From contig NW_021833059.1 in the NCBI RefSeq assembly GCF_006345805.1, positions 1 through 64,000 on the forward strand: 64,000 bases of DNA, read 5' to 3'. The notes beneath the pieces are model-generated. The model was not told the origin of the DNA and did not search any database. It saw nothing but the letters and a program-made list of their open reading frames with translations. The position numbers and the translations under genes were made by a program. Source of the DNA: Octopus sinensis (lineage: Eukaryota). Position 1 is the stretch's first letter. Each line of letters begins with the position of its first letter. Shown piece by piece: positions 42,381 to 56,218 of this stretch.

Positions 42381-42926
42381 CAGTCTAACCTCTTTTTGGG
42401 GCACTAGGTGCCCCAAAAACAGGGGTTTCCCCAGATAGAGGGGTTTTCTAATATTAACGAAAAAAACTAACGTTTTGTTAATTTAAAACCAAAAGATGTT
42501 TATTCTTAATTTCATTTAACAATTTTAGTCTTTACTTGTCGGGAAATGATCCGTTATTTTCGCTCAGAATTAATACTTTTGAATTAATCGATCCATTGTC
42601 AAATTAATCGATCCAAAACGACCTTGTCGGGAAATGAATGTTTATCACTATTATCGGGTTCTCTGAAGCCCTCAGAACCTTCACATCCATCAAAATTACA
42701 TCCATCAAAACAACAGAAACACGTTATTATTAGTTATTATAAAATAAAATGCAAAAATTCTAACTAAAAAATATATAAAATATTAAATGCCCCATAACGG
42801 GGTTTATCTTATAAAGAATAAACAGAAAAACTCCTAATAGAAATTCAAATTGCCCCAAAACCCGAGGGTGCCCCAAAATTCGAGGGTGCCCCACGTCCGG
42901 GGTCGCCCCAATAAGGGGTTGCACTG
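42381..42926. mobile_element. pogo-like MITE with tgcccca subterminal repeats
   Basis: ta|cagtctaacctctttttggggc ... gccccaataaggggttgcactg|ta. Confidence 0.75.
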
Positions 42927-43054
42927 TATTCAAAATTATTACTAAAAAAATTACGAAATCATCAGCGAATTTATATTCCCAGACCCTTGCCATAATTGAT
43001 GGCCTGCATCGATATTCACACACAATAAAAGAATTTACGACCAATTCTCAAGCT

Positions 43055-43145
43055 GACTCCCAACTCGGCACTAAACCTCTGGTATCTCGACGACGCCACT
43101 CTCGGTGGCCCTCCGAATATCGTTCTGTAGGACATAATTAAAATT
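43055..43145 (+). mobile_element. CRE-like RT active-site fragment
   Basis: LNLWYLDDATLGGPP. Confidence 0.65.
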
Positions 43146-43169
43146 ATTCCGGCTCTCGATGGTTGTGAG

Positions 43170-43400
43170 GTTACGGACTTGAGTTTTTCGCAGTAAAAGA
43201 TGCTCGAACCAGTCCCTGGCGTAGAGCAGCTACCCCATCCTCTGATCGGTAGCCCAGGAGTTGATAAGAGTGATCTTCCTTATACTCGTTGATGACAATA
43301 ATGTATGGATGGCCACTGTTCACCATCTCAACCAAGTCTCTTGATAGATCTGGCATTCACAGCGATGGCTATGTTGCTGGAGTGCTCCCCTCTGATAGGA
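43170..43400 (-). mobile_element. Possible APE-endonuclease LINE fragment
   Basis: AVNARSIK..PYIIVINE..GYRS..GVA resembles the APE N-terminal motifs. Confidence 0.4.
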
Positions 43401-46400
43401 GCCGTTGCAGCCTCTCAGGTCCCACTCCAAGTTTTTTCAAGGCTCCCACACAACGGCGAAAAAAATCCAAAAGGGCATGCCTGCTGTGCGAGTCCTAGTC
43501 CAAATCTGCATCACTTTGCGCCAAGATTTTTCCTTGACGGATGTTAGTCTTCTTGAAAGAGACGACTATGCATTTAACTTAAGTCCGATTCAAAAGTTTC
43601 TCGCAGATGGAGGTTAAGGTCCTGTGTCGAAATCCAATGAGGGATTCCCTTGAGGATCAGATTGAGGCCTTCTCAGCTACAGAGGCAAGTTTATGGCCGC
43701 CTTCGCCAAAAATTTTGATTTCAGATAACTCAGTCTTGAATGCGGCTGCATCCTCGACGCACCGGAATTAGAGTCAGAAAGATCCGGACTTTTGTAGAGT
43801 AATCCGAACACGCATTGGGGGATTTTGAAAAGAGATTGAACCTCTTGATTTTCCATAACTTTGAATTTTTTTCAAGCAATTTGTTTAGTTCATGCCATTT
43901 TTATTTGTTATTTTATTTTTTTGCCCCACAGTGACACACAGATTGACTTGCGCACTGTCAAAACAGAAGGTCTCGCCAAGTCCAAGACACTCAACATAAA
44001 TCTGGCTGCCAAAAATCGACCCAAGTGATGCTTGTAAACATTACAGATGATGGATCTCAAGGAAAGACTGGCGAATATCGAAAAACCTCTTTCCGCATTG
44101 GAAGAACAGTAATTCTCATTCTTGTCCTAATCGATTCCGTTTAATAAGACATTTCTCACACCATTCTAATTAGTTAATAATTATTCCTTGAAAGGGGCCA
44201 TTTTTCTGTACTTCCTTGAATATAAATTAAAAGTATTCCGCAAAAATCTTATTTCCATGTCCCTCATCCAAGTTCCTCTTTCCCCGACTACTTTTGCTAA
44301 TTTGCCTTCCACTCAACTATCCAAAATGAACGGAGCTATCCTAAAAGAGACAACCCCGTTCATTTTAGAAGAGTCTGATTACCAACGACAATAACAATCA
44401 ACGTGACTCTCCTTTGTGACCCCACTTTATAGTCTTAAATCCATTAAATCTGCAATATAACGATCTTTAGACCCTCTTACAATAATAGAAATAATTGTTA
44501 GCTTAGTCGCCATCAACTTTTTTGACTAAAAATAATTCAATTATAATTCAATACGAGGCTGGAACTGTTTAGTAGAATATTCAAGTGGACTGTTAGAAAT
44601 ATCCAACAAGTGAAGTGATGTGGTCAAGTGGGAACTCGAACAGTTAAATTACTTCAAACAACTGACGGAAAAGTGGACTCGTTGGAGACAGAGAATGTCT
44701 CATTGAGAAGACAAAGCAGATATTATGCAACAGACCGTAATGAGTCTGACCACTCAGAGACCTCCACCTACGAAACAAATGGCAAAAATACTCAAATCAG
44801 ACAAAAAAGAGGAGATGAGGGCAGTAAGGTGACTCCATGGATATATTTAAGCTCGATGGACTTGTATTTACCCCATTAAATAGGAAAGACGAGGGAGAAT
44901 ATGTTGTTCCAGAGGCTTAACCACATCGATACAACCAAAGAATGTTTCTGCCAACATTAAAGTATTTTATATTGATTTAAATTATTATTAATATTTAAAT
45001 AAATTATTTTTTAGTTTAAAAATACTGAAAAAACTTCTTGTCTGGAATTTATAAATGAGGTGGTTTTTATTATGTGAATTAGAAGGATGTAAACTGCACT
45101 GCTTCGCTTGTGTATGACCGCACTGCTAGGGTGGCAACCCAAAAGTGTTCGGCGGGCTTTCCTAATGGTATGATGTGTTGGAAGGGTATATCGGATGGGC
45201 TATTAATGACCCGCAAAATTGAATAATTATTTTAAAAGCGAATTTTATATAAACTGAGTGTTCATTTCTGTCTGTTTTGTCATACTAATAATATTATTTG
45301 TGTCTTTTATTGACGTAGGCCTGTGTATTTTTTTACTGTGTGGGTATGTAGTCGTTTTGTTGATTTAATGTTTTTTGAATCTTTAAAAAATATATGACTT
45401 GTTATATGTTTTAGTTTCCGTCCAACACAGCGACCAATTCAGATATTCTTTTTATAAAGATCTTTTACATTTGACAGAAATTATAAATATTGAAGGATCG
45501 GGGATGTCTGTTTTTCTAATTGTTGTTTTATTAATATCAAATTTAAAATTCTGTTACTCGAGTTATTAAAAACTTTAGAAAAAATTCCTGATCGTCGATA
45601 CTCCTTCTCTTCTAATTATTACTAACTTGCATAGGTAAAATATTTTTGAAAAATTTGACGACTTGGTCTTTTAAATGAGTGCTCATTGCTTTCCATATCG
45701 CATAACCGACTTGGTTTTCTTACGGAGTTTCAATTTATTAAGCTACAAATTTCGTAATAAAATTTCTCAATTAACTGAATTATATAGCACATCTGTTCAA
45801 TCTATTTGTAATAATACATAATTTAAGTATTTCAGTCTATAAAATTGCCTTCAATCAGAATAGGAAAAATTGTTAACGATGATTAATCTAACTAACCATG
45901 TTTAAACTGATCAAAAACTAAGTGCAGATATTATAAGTTCGTTACAGAATATGTTGCAAATACATATATTTTATCATTTTAGATGTCCTGGGATATATAA
46001 CTGATGATGATTATAAGGTGGTTATACATGCAGATAAAACACCTGAAATAAACATGAGCGTCGATATAACGAACCAACAGCAAACCAAGCAGGAATTTTA
46101 ATACTAGGTCAATATAAGAGATATTATCATAAACAAAAATCTACAGGATTAAAGAATTATACGATGCAGTTCAGCACAATTAATATTTCCGACAAGAGAA
46201 AATGGCACAATTTTAGGGTAATGATATCAAATCATCTACTGCAGTGTTTTTTAACGTGGTCCCCAGAAATATGTTTAGGTCAATTTATTTTTATGACTAA
46301 AAAAATTATTTTTGTTATTTAATTTTAATGGTTAATCGCAAATGGATTCTTATGTCCAATATGGATTTACCAAAAATACTGAAACTGAAAACGTGGATAA

Positions 46401-46789
46401 AGCGCAGTGCATGATATACGATGTCATGATGGTATTTAACACCAAATTGTATTTCTTTTATAATTAGCTAAAAGATTCGTATTCAGAAAAATTATTGGAC
46501 AAATATTTTTCTACATTTACAAAATTTGAACATCCATACGGAGAAAATATAACTATTTTCGTAGATTGTCTAACAATTTGTCAACATTAAATATAGTGAA
46601 CCTTTCAGAAGGATTTCCGTCGCTTGCGAAATGATCACGGGGATTATAATTAACTGGTTTACCCTGGTCCTTTGGTCAATGCTATAAATTAACCAACTCG
46701 TCTGGACAGTTTGGATTGACTTCACATTGTTGTTGCCTAACCCGATCTCACATTAGATTATGAGACCAAAAAGAATTTGACACTTTGAT

Positions 46790-47950
46790 TACAAATTCTC
46801 AAAAAAACACAACTTCAAATATTAAAAAACGAAACTACGGAACATTTAATTCGTTCGATCTCTCACAGGCACTGTTAAAGGCTATTAAAAAAAGGCTTTA
46901 AAACCCCAACCCACATCCAAAGAAAAGTACCTACCCTTAATTTCCAATTCCCTAGGTCATTACACTGATGATGTCTGGAGCCGATGTTCTTGGAATGGCA
47001 CGTATAGGCAGTGGCATGTTCGGAGCCTTCCTAATCCCAATTCTCAATAAATTACACCTCTCTAACGATGTTGGCCAAATTCAGTGCAGTATTGTTTCTC
47101 CAACCAGAGAATTATGCCTACAATTGATGAAATTTATCAAAGAAGTACAATCCAAATTCCCAAGCTTGTAGTTTGGTCATTTTACATCCATAAAAGTCCC
47201 AATCGTCGTCGGAGGAAACAAAATGGAAGACCAATTTAGTAATATCCACGAAAAGCTAAACATGTTTGTATATTGTCTATTATTTTAGAATAATTGCAAC
47301 CCCGGGAAGACTCCTTCATTTGGTTGTAGAAATAAACCTGAAACTGAGCAATGTTTCCTATTTTGTGATGGACGAGGCCGACATGTTGACTTTTTGTTTC
47401 ATTTTTGTTAGAATTATGGAATCTGGGCTGATTAACCAACTAAAAGATATTTTACGGAGATTGCTAATGACCAGACAATCAGCCTTCTTTTCGGTTCGTT
47501 AGATCAGACAAACCGACGGATACAGCTGGAGAATTTAAGAAGGTAAAACACGTATCATGATTGTTACCGATTTGGCTGCTCGTGGATTGGATTTGCCATT
47601 CCTCGATAATGCAATAAATTTCTATTTCCCTACCAGTGGGAAGTTATGCGTTTATCGTGTTGGCAGGATTGTGTTTTATATATTTGAAAGGAGGTGTGGA
47701 GTGCTTATTTCATCATGACTCCCCTCGATATGCCCTATTTGTTTGATTTGATGTTGTTCCTTGGACGTTCTCTTAAACTTTCTGATGACGGAAGGGATTA
47801 TTTATTGGGGACAGTCTCATAATCGGTCATCGATGAATGTTCTGAAGGCTTGTAGACAGCTGTGGATTCTTGTCCTAATTTTGTTTGTACAAAAATGTTT
47901 ATTTTTAAACTTAAATTTCAAAAATGTGCGGCTAATTCAAATATTAAGCT
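46790..47950 (+). pseudogene. DDX54: DEAD-box helicase DDX54/Dbp10 pseudogene, intron-containing with an internal deletion
   Basis: FKTPTHIQRK|..[70 protein letters not shown]. Walker A GKT is lost; stops and frameshifts; deletion after RQSAFFS. Confidence 0.85.
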
Positions 47951-48024
47951 CACTTCAGTCGAATATTCGCAGTAAAGAGATCGTGGAATGTTTGAGAACA
48001 AAGGCCGATCAAATCAAACTAAAC

Positions 48025-50297
48025 CAGGGGTCGGCAAATCGCGGCCCGCGGGCCAAATTAGGCCCAGGAAGATTTAAAAATGGCCCGCAAACAAATTTTA
48101 TAATACTAAGGGAAATTGGCCCGCCGACAAATTTTTCCAACTAACATGGCCCGCGGGCAAATTTAGTAAAGTACTAGACTTTTAGTAATATAAATTTATA
48201 CATACATTTTATCTATTATTAAAAATTAAATAAATTTATAAACGTGTTAATAATTTTGTGTGGTGAATTTGAATGCCGAATTGTTCGAAAAGAACTAAAG
48301 ATCTTCAAACCCGTACGTTTAATCCAGATTGGACTCATGAATATTTCTTTATTGAGGATTATGGAAAACCTATATGCTTAATATGTTTCGAAAAAGTTGC
48401 TGTCCAAAAACTTTATAACATCAAGCGACATTATGAAACTCGACATTACGAAAAATTCAGCAAGTTTACAGGAGAATCTCGCTTAAAGGAAATTAAGAGA
48501 CTCGAACAAAATTACCAAAAGCAAACAACATTTTTTTTATAATTTGAGTTGTGAAAAAGATGATATCACACGTACAACTTACGAAATTCCAAAGATAATT
48601 GCGAAACGAATGAAACCATTTTCAGACGGAGAATTTATAAAAGAATGCTTAATGGCAGTAGCTGAAAATCTATTTCCTACAAAAAGAAACATTTTTGAAT
48701 CTATCTGTTTATCTCCAAGAACGGTAACAAGAAAAGTAGAAGAAATGTCATTCGATTTAAATAACTCTTTAAAAAACATTTTTGGGAATTTCAAATATTT
48801 TTCTATCGCATTGGATACTAGTACTGACAGAAGAGATACTTCTCAACTTGTCATATTTGTTCGAGGGATAACTGAAACATACCAAATTTTTGAAGAATTT
48901 GTCAAAGTTATTCCAATTATGGGTACAGTGACAGGAACCGACGTTTTCTTGCATTTAATGCAACTTTTAATAGAATTAAATCTTCCACTTTCAAAATTAG
49001 TTGGAATTACAACAGACGGGGCTCCATCTATGGTTGGGAACAAAAAGGGAACTATTACATTACTCCAAAATGAAATGGAAAAATTTGGAATTGAGCACAA
49101 TTTGGTTAAGATTCACTGTATTGTTCATCAAGAGGCGTTAGTTGCCAAATCAGTCAGGTTACGTGAGACAATGGATGCTGTTGTTAATGCAGTAAATTTT
49201 ATTTTATCCCGCGGCTTGAATCATCGGCAGTTCAGGCAATTTTTAATCGACACTGAAGCAGAATATGGGGATCTTTTATATTTTTGTAATGTCAGATGGC
49301 TTAGTAGAGGATCAATGCTTAAAAGGTTTTTTCATATACGGGAAGATGTTATAATTTTTCTTGAAGAAAAGAATTATGATGCTTCATATTTCCGAAATAC
49401 TGATAATATTTCCAAATTGGCATTTTTTGTAGACATAACTTCACATCTAAATGACTTAAATTTGAAACTGCAGGGAAGTAATAAATTTATACACCAAATG
49501 TATGCCGAAATCACTGCTTTTGAAAATAAATTGAAGTTGTGGGAATTACAGTTACAAAAAGGAAACATGACGCATTTTGTGAATTTTCTTTCTACGAATC
49601 CGACTGATGTTCCGGAATATGCAAACATAGTTATGGAATTGAGATCAGAATTTTCATCACGTTTTATGGATTTAAGAGTAAAATGCGCATATATAATTTT
49701 TTAGGCTCATAAAAATCTTTTCAACATTTTTTCAATCCCATTTGATGTTGAAACTGAGACAGTACCAGGGTGTTATTTTATTTATTTATTAAACACCAAG
49801 AAAGGGTGTTATCAAATGGAATTACTTGAAATTCAATGGGACAGTACACTTAAATCAAAATATTTTTCTGAAATGGATATTTTGAGCTTCTACAAAAATT
49901 TTGTATGTGTCAGAAAATATCCGCAATTAACCGACAATGCTATGAAAATGGCTTGTATATTTGGAAGCACATTTTTATGTGAACAGTTATTCTCTAAAAT
50001 GAATAATGTAAAAAATTGTCTGAGAACGAGGATTACCGATTCACATCTTAACGATATATATTACGTTTAGCAACTAGTCAGATTAATGAGTAAAATAAAT
50101 TCACTTCTTTATAATCATTTTTAACTGATAAATTTTTATTTCGTAAGAAAGTTGCAAAAAAAACTTGATAAAGAAAGATCGCAATGTGCAAGCGTTGCCT
50201 TATTTTTGTGACCGATAAGGATTTTTTCTCGTTTGGCCCGGATCGCATACAAAAATAAAATTTTGGCCCGCGAAGATAAAAATCCTGCCGACCCCTG
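48025..50297 (+). mobile_element. hAT transposon (GTF2IRD2/SPIN-like transposase), near full length
   Basis: TIRs caggggtcggca / tgccgacccctg; TSD aactaaac (48017-48024, 50298-50305); BED-like CLIC..HYETRH, SIALDTSTD, TTDGAPSM, HCIVHQEAL, RWLSRG, FGSTFLCEQLFS. Confidence 0.96.
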
Positions 50298-50709
50298 AAC
50301 TAAACCATCAAATCAATTGTTGAGGATGACTAAACCATCAAATTGGTCGAATAGAAGAGATCCTCTTGAGTTGAAAGATTGATTTTTTAGTCATATCGGA
50401 CTCTTCGCGTTCATGTCACCGCAATGACATTGTTGATGGACTGGAGGTTTTGAATAGAAGGGGTCCATCTGAGGACATGACGAGTGAGAAGGTATGTACA
50501 TACGGAAAATGTTCGAGGTTCAGGAAAAATAAATCCAGATTTATGGTATGAAATAGAGCAGTAGTAAAGATAAAATTAATTAGGGCATATAACGGTAAAT
50601 TGATAACGAGAAAAATATTTAAATTATTTATATTTCTAAGAATACAGTCATAATTTTATTGTAATTTCCGGACAACACATTTATATTTGACTTTAGCGTG
50701 AACAAAGAA

Positions 50710-51711
50710 ATGGTATGTCTCTATTTATTATTAGGAGCGTTAGCTTTTCAAACACTCGGTAATTTTAAATTTAATGTGAAATCTATGTATAGGCTATCCA
50801 TGGAAATTGAAAATTTTTTTCGAAAACATCCCTGTTTGCTTTATAATTAATAACTATAGAGAAACGATGTTTTAACGACAATAAAAGTGATAATTTTTAG
50901 ATATATAATAGGCTCTCTCTGTTGCAATTGAAATAACCGAAGTTGATGAGAATTCAAATGAATTAAATCACTTGGTTATCAAAATAGAGTTCTTGTTATT
51001 ATTTTTAATCTTTCAAAGTGAAGACAACAAAATTATGGATAAAATATACAACGAGGATGAGAGTAAAGTAATATACGTAAAAAACAACAATAAAAATGTA
51101 ATTAAAATAAAATTTATATAGAAATATTATGGAGCAATTCTATATAATATATTACACTTGTTTGGTTTGCCTAATTCGACCAATACAAATCATATTATGA
51201 ATAATACTTTGTGGTAATTTTATGTCATTCTTATTTAAGTAATCGAATATTGTCACTAAATGAATTAGATTATCTTCGAAATATGAACTATCTTACGAAT
51301 GACAGTATTAAAAAATTTAATTTTTTAGCAACTTTATCACTTCTTTTGAAAAGTAGAATAACAAAAACAGAGAAGCCAACAACAGTGTCCTTAAAAAGTA
51401 AAATAACACAAACAGAGAAGCCAACAAAAGTGTCCTTAAAAAGTAGAATAACACAAACAGAGAAGCCAACAAAAGTGTCCTTGAATACTTTAGAAAGTAA
51501 AGTTAAAAACATTTATAAATATTATTTTTAAATCACTTTGTTAGGCGTCCTACTTTCTGGTTCAAACAAAGAACCAACTATTTCTAAAAATAATTCAAAA
51601 TCTAAAATGCTGTATCTCATACCTATTGTCATCACACTTCTGATACTCTCGATCATTGTTTTCCTTGTTGTTAGAAAAAAAAGAATTAAATCGGATTATT
51701 TAAAACGGTAG
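50710..51711 (+). CDS. Type I membrane protein: signal peptide, degenerate matrixin (MMP)-like domain, three 15-aa Thr/Lys repeats, TM helix, short basic tail
   Basis: One open frame after removing GT-AG introns 50759-50792, 50834-50859, 50887-50911, 50989-51018, 51098-51121, 51214-51239 and 51497-51544. MVCLYLLLGALAFQTLG..AILYNILHLFGLPNSTNTNHIMN..LYLIPIVITLLILSIIVFLVVRKKR. Confidence 0.8.
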
Positions 51712-52111
51712 TTTTAAATTCAAATTTTATTGAAAGAAATCTATCTCAAAAGCAGCTCCTAGTAAATTTAAACTAAAATAATAACAAATTATTAATACTA
51801 ACAAAGATTTCTTAGGTTTATAATTTTTATTTTTCTATAATCATATAAACTTAGTTTATAATTGAAAATTAGCCTCGCTCACCGCGACCTAGTTCCTGCG
51901 GAGAGCGTGTTTCATCAAACAACTATAAGTTTATGTAAATATATTAAACGACCTGGTTTGATGTAACCCTATTCAAACGCCTGTTGATAAAAGATATTTG
52001 TTGTCCGTTTTTCATTGGAATATATAAATTAATTATATTTTCTACCTACTTTTGAACATTGCACATACAGCTGTGCATAGGAAAAGAACTCACTCTCTAA
52101 AAATAAACCTA

Positions 52112-52290
52112 CTAGACTCAATCCTCTAAAATTGGCCTTTTTTGGTTCCTTCAATTTTGTTGGCCAATTAGAGAATAAAATCGATAATTTTTAAAAGAAA
52201 CTACTAATGTGTCTTCATTTATCATAAATTTGTTTAAATTGAAGAAAATTAAAAAATCTTAATTTTTTAAAGTAAAATTCAATTCCCATT
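52112..52290 (-). mobile_element. Solo right end of the 40739-42165 pogo family
   Basis: Reverse complement of about 42010-42165 (ggttccttcaattttgttggccaatt, gaataaaatcgataatt). Confidence 0.7.
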
Positions 52291-53209
52291 TGTTTTTTTA
52301 GATATGACTACAGTAGAAATCGGTTAATTGCATAAATCGAATAATTGCATAAATTTATTCTTAAAATCATAATTTATGCTTTCCATTCAAAAAAAATTTC
52401 ATTAATTAAAAAATTTTTCAACAACTAAACCAATTGTATAAAATTTTATTCTTATAGGTTAATGATAAGAGACAAAGAATTCAACATGATTCATTGTACA
52501 GAACATTTATTTAATAAGTTTATAAACATTTAATTGAATTTATTAACGTACCATTTTGTGCATACATAGCCTAAAGTATAAAGAAAATGACTACTTTTCC
52601 CGGTGCTTTAATTGATAGAAACTCTGTTGTTTGTAGAGAACCTCGTCAGTATAGTATTTTCTCGATTTTAACGCGCATTCGAAAATAACACACAAGTAAA
52701 TTTTGTGTCAAAAAAATCTGGAAAAACGCAGTAATCGAGTATAGTGTGCACCTAAAATTTCTAGTCGACGAAAATCAGAAATCTAATTCTTCAAATGAAG
52801 AGTCCGCATAGAATCTTCAAATAGTCTCCGCGGACATTCCTCTCTCTTTGTCTGTCCTCTCATCTGTCTCCTTATACATATCTTCATTAAGGATCCTATC
52901 AACGTCTACGCTACCTTCATACACTTTCTCTTTCTCTTACAACACATCATCATTAGTACCGTTTTGATGCCATGTTGTTTTTACAATGTTCAAAAATGAA
53001 CTGAGTCGAGTAGGAGCAGTGGTGGCCTCGGCTTACGATTTTCGACCAGTTTTACAAAATGACGTAAAACCGAATATTTATAATCGTACCGAGCGAAAAT
53101 TTGTAATTTATTTTATTTATTGATTATAACACGCACCCCATCTATTGGAGTTAATTATATAACAAAAATCTGCGTGTTTTAAACGAAAAAACCGGAATAT
53201 AAAATACGG

Positions 53210-56200
53210 AGTTAATTATATAACACAGTGGTTGAGTTAGTGACGCAACTCTATTGCACAAAGTCTTAATCACATATGAGGCTACAAAGAGATTTACTTT
53301 GCTATCATTCAATGTCAGAGACTTCTGACCTATCCAAGCGAAAAATCCTATGCCGGATCTGAATGCATATGGTGCAACTATCGGATGCTTTCAAGAACGA
53401 AGGTCAAAGGCGGGCTAGATGAGATACACAACGAGTATCGAATCATTCTCCTTCCATCAGAATCACGTCATTATGGGCAGGGGTTTGGCATTCATAAGAC
53501 CTTTTGGAATTCAATTCACAAATACTACCGTGTGAACGACCGCATATGTGTACTACAACTGAGACAAAAACTTTGACCACACGGATCGAATAATCAGCAT
53601 TATAAATGTCTACGCCCCACAAAGTGGAAGACTGAAGAAGAACGTGGATGAACTAGACTCTTTCTATCACATGCTATCAAAGACCTACACGAGTATAAAA
53701 AATCCTTCTTATACTAATTGCCGGTGATTGGAATGCTAAGGCAGGCAAAGGCCGTGGTGAGAAGTGTTTCATGGGCAGACATGGACGGGGGATAAGAATG
53801 CACCAGGTGAAATGCTTGTGAACTTCTGCAGCATATTCAGCTACTGCTATGCAATACGGTCTTTCCTCATGCGGCACGTCATAAAACCACGTGGACCGGG
53901 ACTAGAAGAACAAAAATGGGGAGTACGTCAACATCTATAATCAATCGATTATATCATCTGTAGACAAGAAGAAAAACATCGATTGCTGGATGCCAGGTCA
54001 TATGGCGGGGCACTTACACTGAGCGATCACAAAGTCATTGTGGCACGATTGAGACTGAAAAGAATTTTTGGATCGCCTCTTTCAAAAGAAAATGATCAAA
54101 CCGAATTAGATACTCAGTGGAAAAACTGATTACATCAGATGTTACCAAGGAAAAATACTCCCAGGCAATCATCGAAAACCAAAGTAACAGAAACGGAAAG
54201 ACCCAAACAAAAGCTGGGATATATTAGAAAAACTTATTCACAAAGCTGCAACGGAAACCATTGGAACGACTGCATTCAGAAACCACTCAAACCCATTGAA
54301 TCCAAATGTTGCCGAAATGGCAACAAAACAAAAAGCCATCCAACTGAAAATTGAAAACACCAACGACAAGGAGGCAAAGGAAAAACTCAAAAGAGAACGT
54401 AGGAAAATATCGAGAACAATCAAGAAGGAAAATCTTAAATACGTGAAAGCTTTATTAAACTCTCGAATATCAGAAGTTGAAGACTTAAAGGATGGTGCGC
54501 AAATGTACGCAGCCATCAGACTACTACGCGACGACAACAGAAAACAAAACTGGTTGTGCACGATGAACATGGGGAAACAATTGGAAACCCAATCGAAATG
54601 GTAAATACAATCGCCGACCACTTCGAAATACTATTCAATGGCAGGGCCGATGCTCTCGATGAGGGTGAAGAACGTTATCTAAACAACAAAATAACACACC
54701 TTGAAGTTTGAAGGCTATAAAAAAATTAAAAAAACCGTGCGGCGGGTCCAGACAACATCAACGGTGAATTGATAAAGTACTCCCCAATGGAGATCTCAAC
54801 TATAATCACAAATCTCCTGAACGAGATGTTCCATGGAAATACCATACCGCCTATTGGGAAAGGAACGCTAATTCTCTCCAAAAACCCAACAAGCCGCAAG
54901 GTCCTCTTAACAACATTCGCCCAATCATACTCTTGAACACAATAAGGAAAATCTTCTCGCTCGTAACACTGGAACGTATTAAGGACCCTGTTAATGAATA
55001 TCTGTCGGCTAGCCAAAGTGGATTCAGGCCTGGGCGATCAACTGCAGATGTAGTATGGGGACATAGATGGATCTGTGCCATATCTCAGAAATTTAAAATG
55101 GCGACCACAATATGGGCATTGATATGAGCAGGGCATTTGATACAATCGCAGAGACAAGCTAATGGAGATCCTCAAAACTATTCTTGACAATGACTCGATC
55201 AGAATGGTTCGAGCACTACTTATAGACACCGAGTTAACGGTGAAGATCGGACCCGTACAATCAAGATCTTTCAAAACAAGCATTGGAACGCCCCAAGGTG
55301 ATTCAATATCACCTGTACTATTCATTGTCTATCTTGAAGCGGCACTAAGAGATCTGAGAAAACTAGTGAAGTCTACTTCAATAACTGAAGTGATATATGC
55401 CGACGATGTAGACTTTTTGTCTCATGATAAGTCGACTCTCGAAGAACTGCTGAACATTGCTCCTCAGGCACTGGAAAAATGGTTCTTAAAAGTGAACATA
55501 GAAAAACCGAATATGTAACAATCAACCGGGAGGCAAATAGAACAGACGAAAAATGGCGAAGCTCGAAAAAAGTTGGAACTCTTTTAGGAGATAGTGAAGA
55601 CATTATGAGGAGAAAGATGCTATCGACTGTTGCACTTAACAAACTGCGGACCACTTGGCTACGAAACCGCGAGGTTGGAACGGCCTTACGTGCCAAATTA
55701 TACAATGCTTTATTAAACCCATACTTTTGTACAACGGAGGAACATGGGGAATATCTGAGTCTGAATCAAAATCTCTTGATGCATTCCATAGAAGACAGTT
55801 AAGAATTCTTATTGGCATCAACTGGCCAAAGAAAATCAAGAACTCCACCCTATACAATATCTGCAACAGCAGACCCGTCAGTGTGGACATTACCGAAGCA
55901 CGTTGGCGCCTATTGGGCCACATTCTAAGACTCGACCAGATGTTTATGCTAACTGGGCAATGGAATCATATTACGCAAAGGACGAAAGATCTGCGTCCCG
56001 AGGACGCCCACGAAATACATTACCTATTGTAATCTCAAAAGAACTACAACGCGTTAAAGACAACTGAAAAATGGAGACGACCTAGATACTCTCAGGAGTA
56101 TAGCATACAACCGCACATCATGGAAAATTATGACCGAAAAGATAGTCTCATATGTGGCACATGTGGAACTTAATTAGTTTAAATTCATTATGTTCCTATG

Positions 56201-56218
56201 ACAGTGCTAATAATAATA
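53210..56218 (+). mobile_element. Near full-length RTE-like LINE (APE endonuclease + RT) with (TAA)n tail
   Basis: INVYAP, GDWNAK, IDYII, SDHK; QSGFRPGRST, GTPQGDSISP, YADD; TSD ataaaatacgg at 53199-53209 and 56219-56229; many single-base frameshifts. Confidence 0.92.

Noticed and set aside
51347-51483. 45-bp repeats as a CRISPR array
   Set aside because: Head-to-tail coding repeats with no spacers, no cas genes, and a eukaryotic context.
51870-51910. GC-rich hairpin as a Helitron end or ncRNA
   Set aside because: Single occurrence; no CTRR terminus or other support.
52615-52660. Minus-strand ctgacgag followed by a hairpin, possible hammerhead
   Set aside because: No GAAA after the stem.
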